A stretch of 37,877 nt of DNA from an uncultured Muribaculaceae bacterium. GTDB taxonomy: Bacteria > Bacteroidota > Bacteroidia > Bacteroidales > Muribaculaceae. The first letter of the stretch is position 1. Each line of letters opens with the position of its first letter. The notes under the pieces are model-generated. The model did not search any database and was not told the origin of the DNA. It saw only the letters and a list, made by a program, of their open reading frames with translations. The DNA lies in assembly GCA_964407165.1 (NCBI GenBank), contig CAYOUJ010000021.1, positions 1 through 37,877 of the forward strand, given 5' to 3'. The translations under genes and the position numbers were made by a program. This document shows positions 1 through 9,839 of the stretch, piece by piece.

Positions 1-6
1 TTTTAG

Positions 7-14
7 TATCTTTG
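7..14 (+). promoter_or_regulatory. Bacteroidetes sigma-A -7 element TATCTTTG (TAnnTTTG) about 18 nt upstream of the ATG at 32
   Basis: Sequence gTATCTTTGc matches the TAnnTTTG consensus. The identical octamer recurs upstream of the MNT gene (9492) and recA (10268). Confidence 0.5.
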
Positions 15-31
15 CGGCGCAAAATCAGAGT

Positions 32-1471
32 ATGACCATAGGACATGTCATAGGGATAGTGGGCGCGGTGGCGCTCATAGAGGTGGTGGGCATCCATGCC
101 TCGAGGAAGGTGAAGAGCGCGGCCGACTTTACCAAGAGCGGCGGCCGCGCCGGGGCGTGGCTGGTGTGCGGCACTATCATGGCAGCGCTTATAGGGGGCC
201 AGTCGACCATAGGCACGGCGCAGTTGGCGTTCAGCTACGGCATTTCGGCGTGGTGGTTCACGGTGGGGTGTGCCCTTGGGAGCCTGGCCATCTCGCTTGT
301 CTACGGGGATGCGCTGCGCCGGTCGGGGTGCTCGACGGTGCTGGAGGTGGTTGGCCGAGGTTTTGGCCGCAAGGTTGAGATTACAGGGTCGGTGCTGTGC
401 AGCATCGGCATTTTTATAAGTGTGGTGGCGCAGGTTCTGTCGACGTCGGCGCTGCTGACCACGCTGTTTCCGATAGGGTTTACTGCGGCGGCGGTCATCG
501 GTGTGGCCATCATGACCATATATGTGGTGTTCGGCGGCCTGTGGAGCGCCGGTTTAGGGGGCGTGATCAAGGTGGCGCTGCTGTGCCTGACGGCCGTGGT
601 CGGCGCCATTGCCGTGCTCACCCTTGCAGGCGGGTTCGGCAACATTCTCAATGACATACACGACACGTTGGGGATTATAAAGAGTACGTCTGACCCTTAC
701 ATGAACGTGCTTGCGCGCGGGGTAATGAAGGATTTGGGAGGCGCCGTGTCGGTGGTGTTAGGTGTGATATGCACGCAGAGCTATGCGTTGGCCATCTGGG
801 CCGCGAAGAGCACTCCGACGGCGCGCCGCGGCGGCATATTGGCGGCTTGTCTTAGCGTGCCCATCGGTGTGGCATGCGTGCTGATAGGGATGTACATGCG
901 CGGGCATTACGTCACGGCCGACGAGGTTTCGGCCTTAGGGTATGTGCCCGCAGGTATGGGTGTGATACAGAACTCGGCGCAGGCTTTCCCGCGCTTTGTG
1001 GTCGACTGTATCCCCGGACTCCCCGGAGGCGTTATGCTCGGCACGATGCTCATAACCACCATTATAGCCGGTGCAGGACTGGCATTGGGAAGCACTACGA
1101 TAGTGGTGCGCGACGTGCTACAGCGGTTCTTCACGTCGCTGTCAGAACCGGTGTGCAACCTGCGCGCACAGCGACTGTCGATAGTGGTGCTCATGGCGCT
1201 CGCGGTGCTCGTCGCGGCGGCGTCGCAAGCGAGCTTCATCAACGACTTGGGCTTCCTGTCGATGGGCTTGCGGGCGACGGTCGTTCTCCTGCCGCTGACG
1301 TTTGCGCTGTGGTTCCCGGGACGCTTCCGTCGGGGGTGGATATTAGCGTCGATACTCGCCGGCATCTGCTCGCTGTTTGTCTTCAAGATAATGTGGCCGC
1401 GCCTCGACCCGACATTCCCGGCCCTTGCCGTCTGCCTTGTCATAGCCCTCTGCGGCTACCGAAGGGCATAA
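32..1471 (+). CDS. Sodium:solute symporter family (SSF) transporter
   Basis: 479-aa polytopic membrane protein. The N-terminal region (ASRKVKSAADFTKSGGRAGAWLVCGTIMAALIGGQSTIGTAQLAFSYGISAWWF) fits the SSF/PutP-like signature, and at least 12 hydrophobic segments are visible. Confidence 0.7.
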   Translation: MTIGHVIGIVGAVALIEVVGIHASRKVKSAADFTKSGGRAGAWLVCGTIMAALIGGQSTIGTAQLAFSYGISAWWFTVGCALGSLAISLVYGDALRRSGCSTVLEVVGRGFGRKVEITGSVLCSIGIFISVVAQVLSTSALLTTLFPIGFTAAAVIGVAIMTIYVVFGGLWSAGLGGVIKVALLCLTAVVGAIAVLTLAGGFGNILNDIHDTLGIIKSTSDPYMNVLARGVMKDLGGAVSVVLGVICTQSYALAIWAAKSTPTARRGGILAACLSVPIGVACVLIGMYMRGHYVTADEVSALGYVPAGMGVIQNSAQAFPRFVVDCIPGLPGGVMLGTMLITTIIAGAGLALGSTTIVVRDVLQRFFTSLSEPVCNLRAQRLSIVVLMALAVLVAAASQASFINDLGFLSMGLRATVVLLPLTFALWFPGRFRRGWILASILAGICSLFVFKIMWPRLDPTFPALAVCLVIALCGYRRA

Positions 1472-1478
1472 CACCAAA

Positions 1479-1506
1479 CCGCAGGATGTCTCCCGACGTC
1501 CTGCGG
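1479..1506 (+). terminator. Weak hairpin after the symporter gene (ccgcagga-N12-tcctgcgg)
   Basis: 8-bp inverted repeat 8 nt after the stop codon. The downstream T-run is poor, so this may be an RNA-processing or stability element rather than a strong intrinsic terminator. Confidence 0.35.
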
Positions 1507-2165
1507 CTTGATAATAAACCAATCATTATCACATTTCTTGCAATGGAAAAAGTATTTTTGCTATGTACCTATAAAACGCAGGGGGATTGGAAAGGTTCAC
1601 ACGGGGGTGCATTTTTTTTGAAAAAATTTTCGAGGGGCATGAAACGCGTTTAAGCAGCGGGGTTTGGGAGCCCAAAAGGTGTGTCGCGATATGTTAATAA
1701 TTGTTAAATTTAGCGCGTTGGGTCAAATTTCTCGGGGGATTTGCCTCTTTTTACAAAAATTATGACTTAATTTGTAGTCGATTTGTGCACCCAGCTGCTG
1801 CGCGGAGCTGTTTCCGCGGGGTCGCTATGGTACGCGAGTCGACCATGAATGACCTGCCAACGGGTTGATACCATGCTCGTTGGCGCGGGTGTCCGAGCCT
1901 ACCGGACGCTCGAGAGTGATACATGTAAAACCGGTAGATGAAAAGCTTTACAGCGACTTCTTAGCAGTCAGCGGCGGGATGAAGGCTGCCCCCGCCCGGC
2001 CCCCAAGGTGGCGCGCGCCTCTGCAGGCGTGACGTCGTCTCAAATCGTGTGTGTAAGGGCCAAACCATGAAATCACGGCCACGTTACGGCCGCGCGTTTC
2101 AACTAACCATGAAATTTAGAGATTATATAATTTAATGTAAAACCCAGTAAACTAAAAATTCTTGC

Positions 2166-5100
2166 ATGAAGAACATTTGTTTTCAAATGAGTCGGAAAGC
2201 ATGGCTGGTGCTCGTGATGGTGCTTAGCCTCTCTTTCCCTGCTTTAGCGCAGAAGATTACGGTGCACGGCACCGTGGTTGACCCCGAGGGGGAGCCTCTG
2301 ATAGGCGCGTCGGTGCTTGTCAAGGGTACCTCCACCGGTGTGGCAACTGACATCGACGGCGAGTTCCGCCTCGACTGTGCATCCAATGCCACCCTGGTTA
2401 TCTCCTACGTAGGTTACAACACCAAGGAGGTGGCCGTCAACGGTCAGACCGAGCTCAACATCACCCTCGAGGAGAACGGCGTGATGCTGCAGGAGGTAGT
2501 GGCCATCGGCTACGGTGTAGTCAAGAAGTCTGACGCCACCGGCTCTGTGGCCGTCGTCAAGCCCGACGAGATCGAGGCCGGCATCTCCACCTCCACCCAG
2601 GACCTCCTGGTAGGCGCCAGCCCGGGCGTCGTCGTCACCACCGACGGTGGCAACCCGACCGGCAACGCTACCATCCGTATCCGTGGTGGTTCCTCACTTA
2701 CTGCAAACAACAACCCTCTGATCGTCATCGACGGCGTGCCCCAGTCTGACCAGAGCAACGCCGGTGGCACCAACGCCCTGTCGATGGTCAACCCGCAGGA
2801 CATCGAGTCGATGACCATCCTCAAGGACGCCTCCGCCACCGCCATCTACGGTAGCCGCGCATCCAACGGTGTCATCATCATCACCACCAAGAAGGGCCAG
2901 AGCGGCAAGCCGCAGGTAAGCTTCGCTGCCAACTGGCACATCAACACCGCCCGCAAGACCCTCGACCTGATGGACGCTTCGGAGTTCGCACAGGTCGTAC
3001 GCGAGCAGATAGGCACCGACGCCGCCATAGCCATGCTGGGCGACTCGAGCACCGACTGGCAGGACGAAGTGCTCCGCACCTCCTTCTCCCAGGACTATAA
3101 CCTCTCTGTTGGCGGCACCGCCGGCTTCCTGCCCTACCGCGTGATGGCCAGCTACACCAACAACCAGGGTATCCTCAAGACCTCCGGCATGCAGCGCACC
3201 ACCGTGGGCTTCAACCTCTCGCCGAAGTTCTTCAACGGCAAGCTCTCTATCAACGCCAACGCCAACGGCACCTACATCAACAGCCGCCAGGCTGACCAGG
3301 GCGCCATCGGCGGCGCTACCGCCTTCAACCCCACCCTCCCCGTCTACACCGACTATCCCACCATCGGCAACACCGGCAAGACCATGTACAATGGCTACAC
3401 CAACATCATCCTTGCCAACGGTGGCCCCGAGACCCAGGCTTCGCAGAACCCCCTGCAGCTGCTCGAGGATGTCCGCAACATCGGCGAGGTTTACTCTTCG
3501 AACGGCAACATCCAGTTTGACTACGCCCTCCACTTCCTCCCCGAGCTGCACTTCAACCTCAACCTCGGTTACCAGGTGTCGAAGAACCAGACGCTGAGCA
3601 ACACCGCCGACAACTCTGTCATGGCCTGGCGCAACAGCAACCTGACCTCGATGGGCGCAGCCGGCGCAGGCACCCACTACAAGTGGTATGAGCTGCAGCG
3701 CAACACCCTGCTCGACTTCTACATCAACTACCGCAACGAGTTCAAGGAGATCAAGTCGAACGTCGATGTGATGCTCGGCTACTCCTGGCAGCGCTTCGAC
3801 TACCACGGCCGCAACAACACCTACGTCAACACCCTCGGTTATGAGACCAACGCCGGCTACATACCCTACGCTGACGGTACCTATACCCTCAACTACGACA
3901 ACAATTCCGCACAGTACATCGGCCAGCCGGTGCTCAGCTCTCCCACCTACTACTGGGCAGGCCAGCTGCAGCTGCTGTCGTTCTTCGGCCGTTTGAACTA
4001 TACGTTCGACGACACCTACCTGCTCACGTTCACCCTTCGTGACGACGCCACCTCACGCTTCTCCAAGGACACCCGCTGGGGTCTCTTCCCCTCCGTGGCC
4101 CTCGGCTGGAAGATCATCAACATGCCCTTCATGGAGGGCGCACAGCGCGTGATGAACGACCTGAAGCTCCGTCTCGGCTGGGGTATCACCGGCCAGCAGG
4201 ACATCGGCTCCCTCTTCCCCTACCTGGCCACCTACACTGTCAGCTCCACCCAGGGCTACCAGTATCCCAGCCAGAACGGCACGTGGATCAACCCCCTCTA
4301 TCCCAACGCTTACGACGCTGACATCAAGTGGGAGGAGACCACCACGTGGAACGTCGGCGTCGACCTGGCATTCCTCAACAACCGCATCACGGCTGCCATC
4401 GACTGGTATCTCCGTGACACCGACGACCTGCTCGCCCGCACCCCCAACTACGGCGTGAACACCTCCAACTACCTCACCCGCAACATCGGCTCGCTCCGCA
4501 ACACCGGTATCGAGGTAACCATCGGCGCCAAGCCCGTAGTCACCAAGGACTTCACCTGGAACACCAGCCTCAACGTGGCCTGGAACAAGAACAAGATCAC
4601 CGCCCTGACCGGCGACACCGAGACTTCCTCCATCCCCGCTTCCGACCGCGGCATCCCCAGCGGCACCGGCGGTGACCTGCAGTGGAACCTCGTAGGCGAG
4701 CCCGCCTTCACCTATCGCGTATACCAGCAGGTTTACGACAACGACGGCAACCCCATCGAGGGCCAGTACGTCGACCAGAACGGTGACGGCGTCATCGACG
4801 ACAACGACCTCATCCTCTTCCACAGCCCCGATCCCACCTGGACCCTGTCGTGGAACAACACCTTCAACTACAAGAACTGGGACCTCGGCTTCACCCTGCG
4901 CGCCAACTTCGGCAACTGGGTATACAACAACCCCAAGTACGAGCGCTCGCGCCTCGACGCCGTCAGCGGCTACCAGCTCAACAACCTGCTGCGTGACACC
5001 TACCTGTTCAACACCACCTCGTCGCAGCTCAAGCTCAGCGACTACTTCGTGGAGAACGCCGGATTCATCCGCTGCGACAACATCACGCTCGGCTACACCT

Positions 5101-5270
5101 TCCCCGACTTGCTTAACGACAACCTGCGTCTCCGCCTCTTCGGCGCCGTCCAGAACCCCTTCGTCATCACCAAGTACAAGGGCCTTGACCCCGAGGTCTA
5201 CAACGGTATCGACAACAACGTCTACCCGCGTCCTATCACCTTCACCCTCGGCGTAGTTGCAACTTTCTAA
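2166..5270 (+). CDS. susC: SusC/RagA-family TonB-dependent outer-membrane transporter
   Basis: 1034 aa with a signal peptide. It has an N-terminal carboxypeptidase-D-like regulatory domain (ITVHGTVVDPEGEPLIGASVLVKGTSTGVATDIDGEFRL), a TonB-dependent receptor plug (NPLIVIDGVP, ILKDASATAIYGSRASNGVIIITTKKG), a long beta-barrel and a C-terminal aromatic residue. There is no N-terminal STN/anti-sigma extension. The start could alternatively be the ATG at 2187. Confidence 0.92.
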   Translation: MKNICFQMSRKAWLVLVMVLSLSFPALAQKITVHGTVVDPEGEPLIGASVLVKGTSTGVATDIDGEFRLDCASNATLVISYVGYNTKEVAVNGQTELNITLEENGVMLQEVVAIGYGVVKKSDATGSVAVVKPDEIEAGISTSTQDLLVGASPGVVVTTDGGNPTGNATIRIRGGSSLTANNNPLIVIDGVPQSDQSNAGGTNALSMVNPQDIESMTILKDASATAIYGSRASNGVIIITTKKGQSGKPQVSFAANWHINTARKTLDLMDASEFAQVVREQIGTDAAIAMLGDSSTDWQDEVLRTSFSQDYNLSVGGTAGFLPYRVMASYTNNQGILKTSGMQRTTVGFNLSPKFFNGKLSINANANGTYINSRQADQGAIGGATAFNPTLPVYTDYPTIGNTGKTMYNGYTNIILANGGPETQASQNPLQLLEDVRNIGEVYSSNGNIQFDYALHFLPELHFNLNLGYQVSKNQTLSNTADNSVMAWRNSNLTSMGAAGAGTHYKWYELQRNTLLDFYINYRNEFKEIKSNVDVMLGYSWQRFDYHGRNNTYVNTLGYETNAGYIPYADGTYTLNYDNNSAQYIGQPVLSSPTYYWAGQLQLLSFFGRLNYTFDDTYLLTFTLRDDATSRFSKDTRWGLFPSVALGWKIINMPFMEGAQRVMNDLKLRLGWGITGQQDIGSLFPYLATYTVSSTQGYQYPSQNGTWINPLYPNAYDADIKWEETTTWNVGVDLAFLNNRITAAIDWYLRDTDDLLARTPNYGVNTSNYLTRNIGSLRNTGIEVTIGAKPVVTKDFTWNTSLNVAWNKNKITALTGDTETSSIPASDRGIPSGTGGDLQWNLVGEPAFTYRVYQQVYDNDGNPIEGQYVDQNGDGVIDDNDLILFHSPDPTWTLSWNNTFNYKNWDLGFTLRANFGNWVYNNPKYERSRLDAVSGYQLNNLLRDTYLFNTTSSQLKLSDYFVENAGFIRCDNITLGYTFPDLLNDNLRLRLFGAVQNPFVITKYKGLDPEVYNGIDNNVYPRPITFTLGVVATF

Positions 5271-5295
5271 AATCCAAAAAGTTTAAGAAGTTATC

Positions 5296-6957
5296 ATGAA
5301 AAAATTCAATAAAATCATACTTTCGGCAGGGCTGGTAGCAATGGCCGCCTCGTTCGGTAGCTGTACCGACGACCTCGACCTTCTGCCCACCGACCCCAAC
5401 ACCCTCACTGCCGCAAACTTTGCCGAGGATCCCGAGGGCTACATGGACGCCGTCATGGCTGACGTCTACCTGCAGTTCGCAACGCAGGGCGCCAACGGCT
5501 CCGCTTCCGTCGAAGGCTTCGACGGCGGCATGTCCACCTTCCAGCGCTCCTCGTTCATCCTCGAGGAGGTCCCCTCCGACGAGGCCAACTGGCTCGCAGC
5601 CGACGCCGACTACGGCACATTCCAGTATGGTATCATCCCCGCCAACAACCGCGTGGTCTTCGGTACCTACTCCCGCTACTATATCAATGTTACCCTCTGC
5701 AACGACTTCATCCAGACCGTGCAGGCCGGTTACTTCCACCTCGACACCGACGCCCTCAAGGCAAAGGCTGACGAGTATATCCGCCAGTGCAAGATCCTGC
5801 GCTCGGGCTGCTACTGGTATCTCGTTGACTGCTTCGGCAACGTGCCCTACGCCGACGAGAGCACCAAGACCGGCTCCGTCCCCTCCCAGATCGGCCGCGC
5901 CGAGGTTGCCAACCGCGTGATGAACACCCTCGAGGAGGTCATCGCCGAGTATGAGCAGCTTGGCAACCCGACTCCCGCTTACGGCTACGTCGGCAAGGCT
6001 GCCGCCCAGGCCATCCTCGTCAAGTTCCTCCTCAACGCCGAGGTCTACACCGGCACCGCCCAGTGGAGCAAGTGCATCGAGGTCGCCCAGAAGCTCATCA
6101 ACGAGCAGAAGGGCCAGGGCTTCGAAGGCTCCGGCCTCTGCAACTATTACAACCAGCTCTTCGCTGCCAACAACAGCCTCTATGCCATCGGCGGCGGCGG
6201 CTACTGCCACGAGATCCTCTGGACCATCCCGCAGGACGCCACCAACCTCGTGTCCTGGGCCAACGGCACCTTCATGGTCAACGCCTGGATCGGCGAGACC
6301 TACGGCTGCACCAAGGCCAAGTACAACGCCGGCGACGCCTGGAAGTGTATGACCGCCCGCACCCAGTTCGTAGAGAAGTTTGAGTGGGACGACGCCGCCA
6401 TGAGCGAGTCCAAAGACACCCGCGTGGCCAACTGGATTACCTCCGCCGACGGCTTCAGCGTGCTCAACCCCGCCTTCGACCAGGACCACTACGGCGACAA
6501 CGGCTACCTGCCCATGAAGTTTACAAACTTCAACGTCGACCCCGAGACCGGTCTTGAGACCCCCGAAAACTCCCCGTCGCCCACAACTCAGCTTGGCATC
6601 GACTACCCGGTTATCCGTCTGGCCGAGATCTACCTGAGCTGCGCCGAGGCAATGTTCCACAACGGCCAGGTCACCGAGGCCCTCAACTATGTCAACCTCA
6701 TCCGTCGCCGCGCCGGCCTCGACAACTGGAGCACCCTGTCGCTGCAGGACCTCCGCGACGAGCGCTGCCGCGAGCTCTACACCGAGGCCACACGTCGTAG
6801 CGACCTTATCCGCTACGGCCAGTGGATCAGCGGCTACACCTGGAACTGGAAGAACCAGATAGCCACCGGTGGTGACTTCGCCAGCAACTTCACCCTCTAC
6901 CCGCTGCCCTCCAGCATCTGCGTGGGCGCAGGCTACGACCAAAACACCGGTTACTAA
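5296..6957 (+). CDS. susD: SusD/RagB-family nutrient-binding outer-membrane lipoprotein
   Basis: 553 aa with a lipoprotein signal peptide (AASFGSCTDD), sitting immediately downstream of susC (25-nt gap). It has a TPR-like alpha-helical SusD architecture, including the C-terminal IRRRAGL..LRDERCREL and YGQW motifs typical of SusD_RagB. Confidence 0.9.
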   Translation: MKKFNKIILSAGLVAMAASFGSCTDDLDLLPTDPNTLTAANFAEDPEGYMDAVMADVYLQFATQGANGSASVEGFDGGMSTFQRSSFILEEVPSDEANWLAADADYGTFQYGIIPANNRVVFGTYSRYYINVTLCNDFIQTVQAGYFHLDTDALKAKADEYIRQCKILRSGCYWYLVDCFGNVPYADESTKTGSVPSQIGRAEVANRVMNTLEEVIAEYEQLGNPTPAYGYVGKAAAQAILVKFLLNAEVYTGTAQWSKCIEVAQKLINEQKGQGFEGSGLCNYYNQLFAANNSLYAIGGGGYCHEILWTIPQDATNLVSWANGTFMVNAWIGETYGCTKAKYNAGDAWKCMTARTQFVEKFEWDDAAMSESKDTRVANWITSADGFSVLNPAFDQDHYGDNGYLPMKFTNFNVDPETGLETPENSPSPTTQLGIDYPVIRLAEIYLSCAEAMFHNGQVTEALNYVNLIRRRAGLDNWSTLSLQDLRDERCRELYTEATRRSDLIRYGQWISGYTWNWKNQIATGGDFASNFTLYPLPSSICVGAGYDQNTGY

Positions 6958-6978
6958 TAGTGTAAATATTATCTAACG

Positions 6979-7881
6979 ATGAAGAAATTTTCAATATATT
7001 TCGCAACCATAGTGGCCGTTCTGGGCCTCGCAAGCTGCGCCCAGGACAAGGATCCTGTATACCAGGCTCCCACCACCTTCGTCCTCAATGAGCCGGTGTT
7101 CCAGAACGACTACTACCAGCTCCAGGAGGGCAACTCCTTCTACGTATTCTGCTCGCAGCCTGACTACGGCTACTCCGCAATCACCAACTACGCCCTGCAG
7201 GTATCACTTACCCAGGACTTCGCCACCTACGAGGAGATAGCCTCCGCAGGCACCGGCACATCCGCCGCCATGCAGATCAAGGACGACAAGATGGCCCTCG
7301 CCATCTGCCAGCTCTACGGCGTCGAGACCGAGGAAGACATGGCCCAGTTTAACGCCGAGACCGGTGTCAAGGTCTACATCCGCGCCCACGCCTGGCTCAC
7401 CGGCGTCGAGAGCTCCAACATCGTCTCCAACGTCGTCTCCCTCAACAAGGTGATGCCCTACTTCGCAGTCCCGCAGCCCGACTTCATCTACCTCGTCGGC
7501 AAGCCCGAGGGCTGGGTAGGCCCCACCGAGAGCAACGCCGCCCACTATGCTGACTGGAAGCTCCTCGAGAACCAGGACGAGATCGGCAGCAAGGTATACC
7601 ACGGCACCTTCTACATCGGCAACGGCGCCGACGGCGAGGCCATGTTCCGCTTCTATACCGCCCTGACCGGCTGGGACGACGACTCCTACGGCTCTCAGGA
7701 GGAAGACAACCCCATCGACCAGTTCTTCACCGACAACCTCTGGCAGTATAACCTCGTCAAGGGCAAAGGCTCCTTCAACTTCCCCGACTGGCCCGGCGGC
7801 GTCATGGTCATCACCGTCGACATGAGCACCGACAACCCCTTCGTGGTTATCGAGGGCCGTCCCGGCGAAACGCTTGAGTAA
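6979..7881 (+). CDS. SusE-like outer-membrane lipoprotein (PUL accessory surface protein)
   Basis: 300 aa with a lipoprotein signal (VLGLASCAQD). It occupies the position after susD, and the N-terminal region is typical of the SusE N-domain. The call rests on position and topology rather than on conserved catalytic motifs. Confidence 0.55.
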   Translation: MKKFSIYFATIVAVLGLASCAQDKDPVYQAPTTFVLNEPVFQNDYYQLQEGNSFYVFCSQPDYGYSAITNYALQVSLTQDFATYEEIASAGTGTSAAMQIKDDKMALAICQLYGVETEEDMAQFNAETGVKVYIRAHAWLTGVESSNIVSNVVSLNKVMPYFAVPQPDFIYLVGKPEGWVGPTESNAAHYADWKLLENQDEIGSKVYHGTFYIGNGADGEAMFRFYTALTGWDDDSYGSQEEDNPIDQFFTDNLWQYNLVKGKGSFNFPDWPGGVMVITVDMSTDNPFVVIEGRPGETLE

Positions 7882-7973
7882 ACAATCCCACCTCCCGGTG
7901 TCCCCGCCGTCCCACGGCGGAGGGCGGGGACGCCAAATAAAACACTATCGTTTAACAAGAATTACATCGATAC

Positions 7974-9416
7974 TTGAAAATGAACAAAATAGCTTTATAT
8001 GGTGCAATGGCGCTCGGGCTGGTGGCTTTTGCCTCTTGCGACGGCTATGAGGAGCCCAATCCCGATCCCCAGACCAACCCCGCACAGAGCATCATGGGCA
8101 CCGACGACATCACCGTCGCCGCTCCCTCCGCTACCGCCACGGCCGTGAGCCTCGCCGACTATGAGGCCGGCCAGGTGCCCGTGCTCCAGGTTACCCGCCT
8201 CGAGAACTGGCCCAGCCAGTACACCCTCACCGGTGTCATGGAATACTCCGCCACCGAAGACTTCGCCCAATACCAGTCAATCGACATGACCTACAATGCC
8301 GACGACATGATGTTCTACGTGGCCACCGACGACTGGCAGACCGCCTTCATCGAGATGAACACCTACAACCCCGCCACCAAGACCAACTACGTCCGCTTCG
8401 AGCTCTACGCAGAGTATGAGAGCGCCAAGACCCGTCTCGGTGACGTGGCCAACGCCGTCTTCGCACAGCGCGCCATCTCCATCACCCCGATGGTAACCTT
8501 CATCGTCGAAAACAGCTACACCATCGTCGGCACCACCAACGTGGCCATGACCCCCAACAACGCCGACAACGTATACGATCCCCCGGTATTCGCCGGCGCA
8601 TTCGACGTGCCCGAGGGCGGCTTCTACTGGCAGATCAAGAGCGAAAGCGGCAAGGTATACGGCCCCGCCAACCCCGCCAACATGTCCGGCACCCTCGTCG
8701 AGGGCAACGGCCAGGGCTGCATCACCGAGCTGGGCGCTCACATGATCACCATCGACCTGCAGAACATGACCTACACCGTCACCTCTGCTCTGGCCAACAT
8801 CTATGTTTACACCGTCAGCACCAGCTCCGCAGCTAACTGCTACCCGCTGTTCACCACCGACTTCATCACCTACCAGGGCTTCGCCAACATCAACCGCGAC
8901 AGCTACCGCCTCTGCTCCGAGATTGCCACCCAGGCCAACATGCGTTGGGGCATGCTCACCGGCGACGACGGCAACGGCGTCCCCGGCTCACTCGAGCTTA
9001 TCACCGACCCGACCGCAAGCCCGCTCGGCATCCCCGTGGCTACCCGCGGCTGCTACTATGTAAGCGCCAACACAAGCGCACTTACCTATAGCGACAACTA
9101 CTGCGGCATGTTCAGCCTCATCGGCGGCTTCAACGGCACCAGCTGGGGCGAGGACGTCGACTTCACGCCCAACTCCAAGAACATGGTCTGGACCGCCACG
9201 TTCACCGTCACCGACACCGAGCCCTTCGAGTTCAAGATCCGCACCAACAACGACTGGGACGGCGCTGACCTCGGCGCCGGCTCCAACCCGAGCAACCTCG
9301 GCGAGCTCTGGGAGCACGGCTCCAACCTCCAGTGGACCTACGGCGCAGGCACCTTCACCCTCACCCTCGACCTGACCACCTATCCCGCTTCGCTGACCGT
9401 CACCCCCGCAAACTAA
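7974..9416 (+). CDS. SusF-like / surface glycan-binding lipoprotein (SGBP)
   Basis: 480 aa with a lipoprotein signal (LVAFASCDGY). It is the fourth gene of the sus-like operon and looks beta-rich and Thr/Asn-rich. No glycoside hydrolase motif is recognisable. Confidence 0.5.
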   Translation: MKMNKIALYGAMALGLVAFASCDGYEEPNPDPQTNPAQSIMGTDDITVAAPSATATAVSLADYEAGQVPVLQVTRLENWPSQYTLTGVMEYSATEDFAQYQSIDMTYNADDMMFYVATDDWQTAFIEMNTYNPATKTNYVRFELYAEYESAKTRLGDVANAVFAQRAISITPMVTFIVENSYTIVGTTNVAMTPNNADNVYDPPVFAGAFDVPEGGFYWQIKSESGKVYGPANPANMSGTLVEGNGQGCITELGAHMITIDLQNMTYTVTSALANIYVYTVSTSSAANCYPLFTTDFITYQGFANINRDSYRLCSEIATQANMRWGMLTGDDGNGVPGSLELITDPTASPLGIPVATRGCYYVSANTSALTYSDNYCGMFSLIGGFNGTSWGEDVDFTPNSKNMVWTATFTVTDTEPFEFKIRTNNDWDGADLGAGSNPSNLGELWEHGSNLQWTYGAGTFTLTLDLTTYPASLTVTPAN

Positions 9417-9438
9417 TCCTTAGTTTACATACTCCCTG

Positions 9439-9467
9439 CTGCCCCGAAGGAACGCCCTTCGGGGCAG
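9439..9467 (+). terminator. Rho-independent terminator of the sus-like operon
   Basis: Perfect 12-bp stem ctgccccgaagg/ccttcggggcag with a 5-nt loop. It is followed by the T-rich stretch acaaatctttttcg. Confidence 0.75.
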
Positions 9468-9491
9468 CTTGCATCTTACAAATCTTTTTCG

Positions 9492-9499
9492 TATCTTTG
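9492..9499 (+). promoter_or_regulatory. -7 promoter element TATCTTTG directly upstream of the MNT gene (leaderless or very short leader)
   Basis: The sequence cgTATCTTTGtaccgtcATG places the motif only 7 nt before the ATG. Confidence 0.5.
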
Positions 9500-9506
9500 T
9501 ACCGTC

Positions 9507-9830
9507 ATGCAACGCACATCCTCCATAGCAAAGATTGGCCCCGCCATACACCGCGTGGCTCCGGAGGCCGAGGTCATCCTCTTCGGCTCCCAGGCCCGTG
9601 GCGATGCCCGTCCCGACTCCGACATCGACATCCTTATCCTCTGGGACACCGGCAGAGAGCGGCTGACATGGGAAGAGAAAAACCGCCTGATTGACCCCTT
9701 GACAGAGATTGAGATGCAAGATTTCGTGAGCATTAACGCTGTCATGTATTCCCGTTACCAGTGGGATCACCGACCTTGCGTCAACCCTTTCTACTTAAAT
9801 ATCCAACGCGAAGGTATAAAACTAACTTAA
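9507..9830 (+). CDS. Nucleotidyltransferase (MNT/Pol-beta superfamily), antitoxin-like partner of the HEPN protein
   Basis: 107 aa. It carries the minimal nucleotidyltransferase motif LFGSQARGDARPDSDIDILIL (GS-x9-13-DxD). It lies 9 nt upstream of the HEPN gene. Confidence 0.8.
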   Translation: MQRTSSIAKIGPAIHRVAPEAEVILFGSQARGDARPDSDIDILILWDTGRERLTWEEKNRLIDPLTEIEMQDFVSINAVMYSRYQWDHRPCVNPFYLNIQREGIKLT

Positions 9831-9839
9831 CCATATATT

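Noticed and set aside
874-1653. 259-aa plus-strand ORF overlapping the 3' half of the symporter gene
   Set aside because: It lies in a different frame of the same strand. Its composition is Arg/Gly/Pro-rich low-complexity, typical of off-frame reading of GC-rich coding DNA. It has no recognisable domain, and the symporter frame is clearly the real one.
2694-6942. Long minus-strand ORFs (370, 256 and 566 aa) antisense to susC and susD
   Set aside because: They are Gly/Val/Ala/Asp-rich translations of the antisense strand of high-GC genes (stop-codon depletion). They have no signal sequences or motifs.
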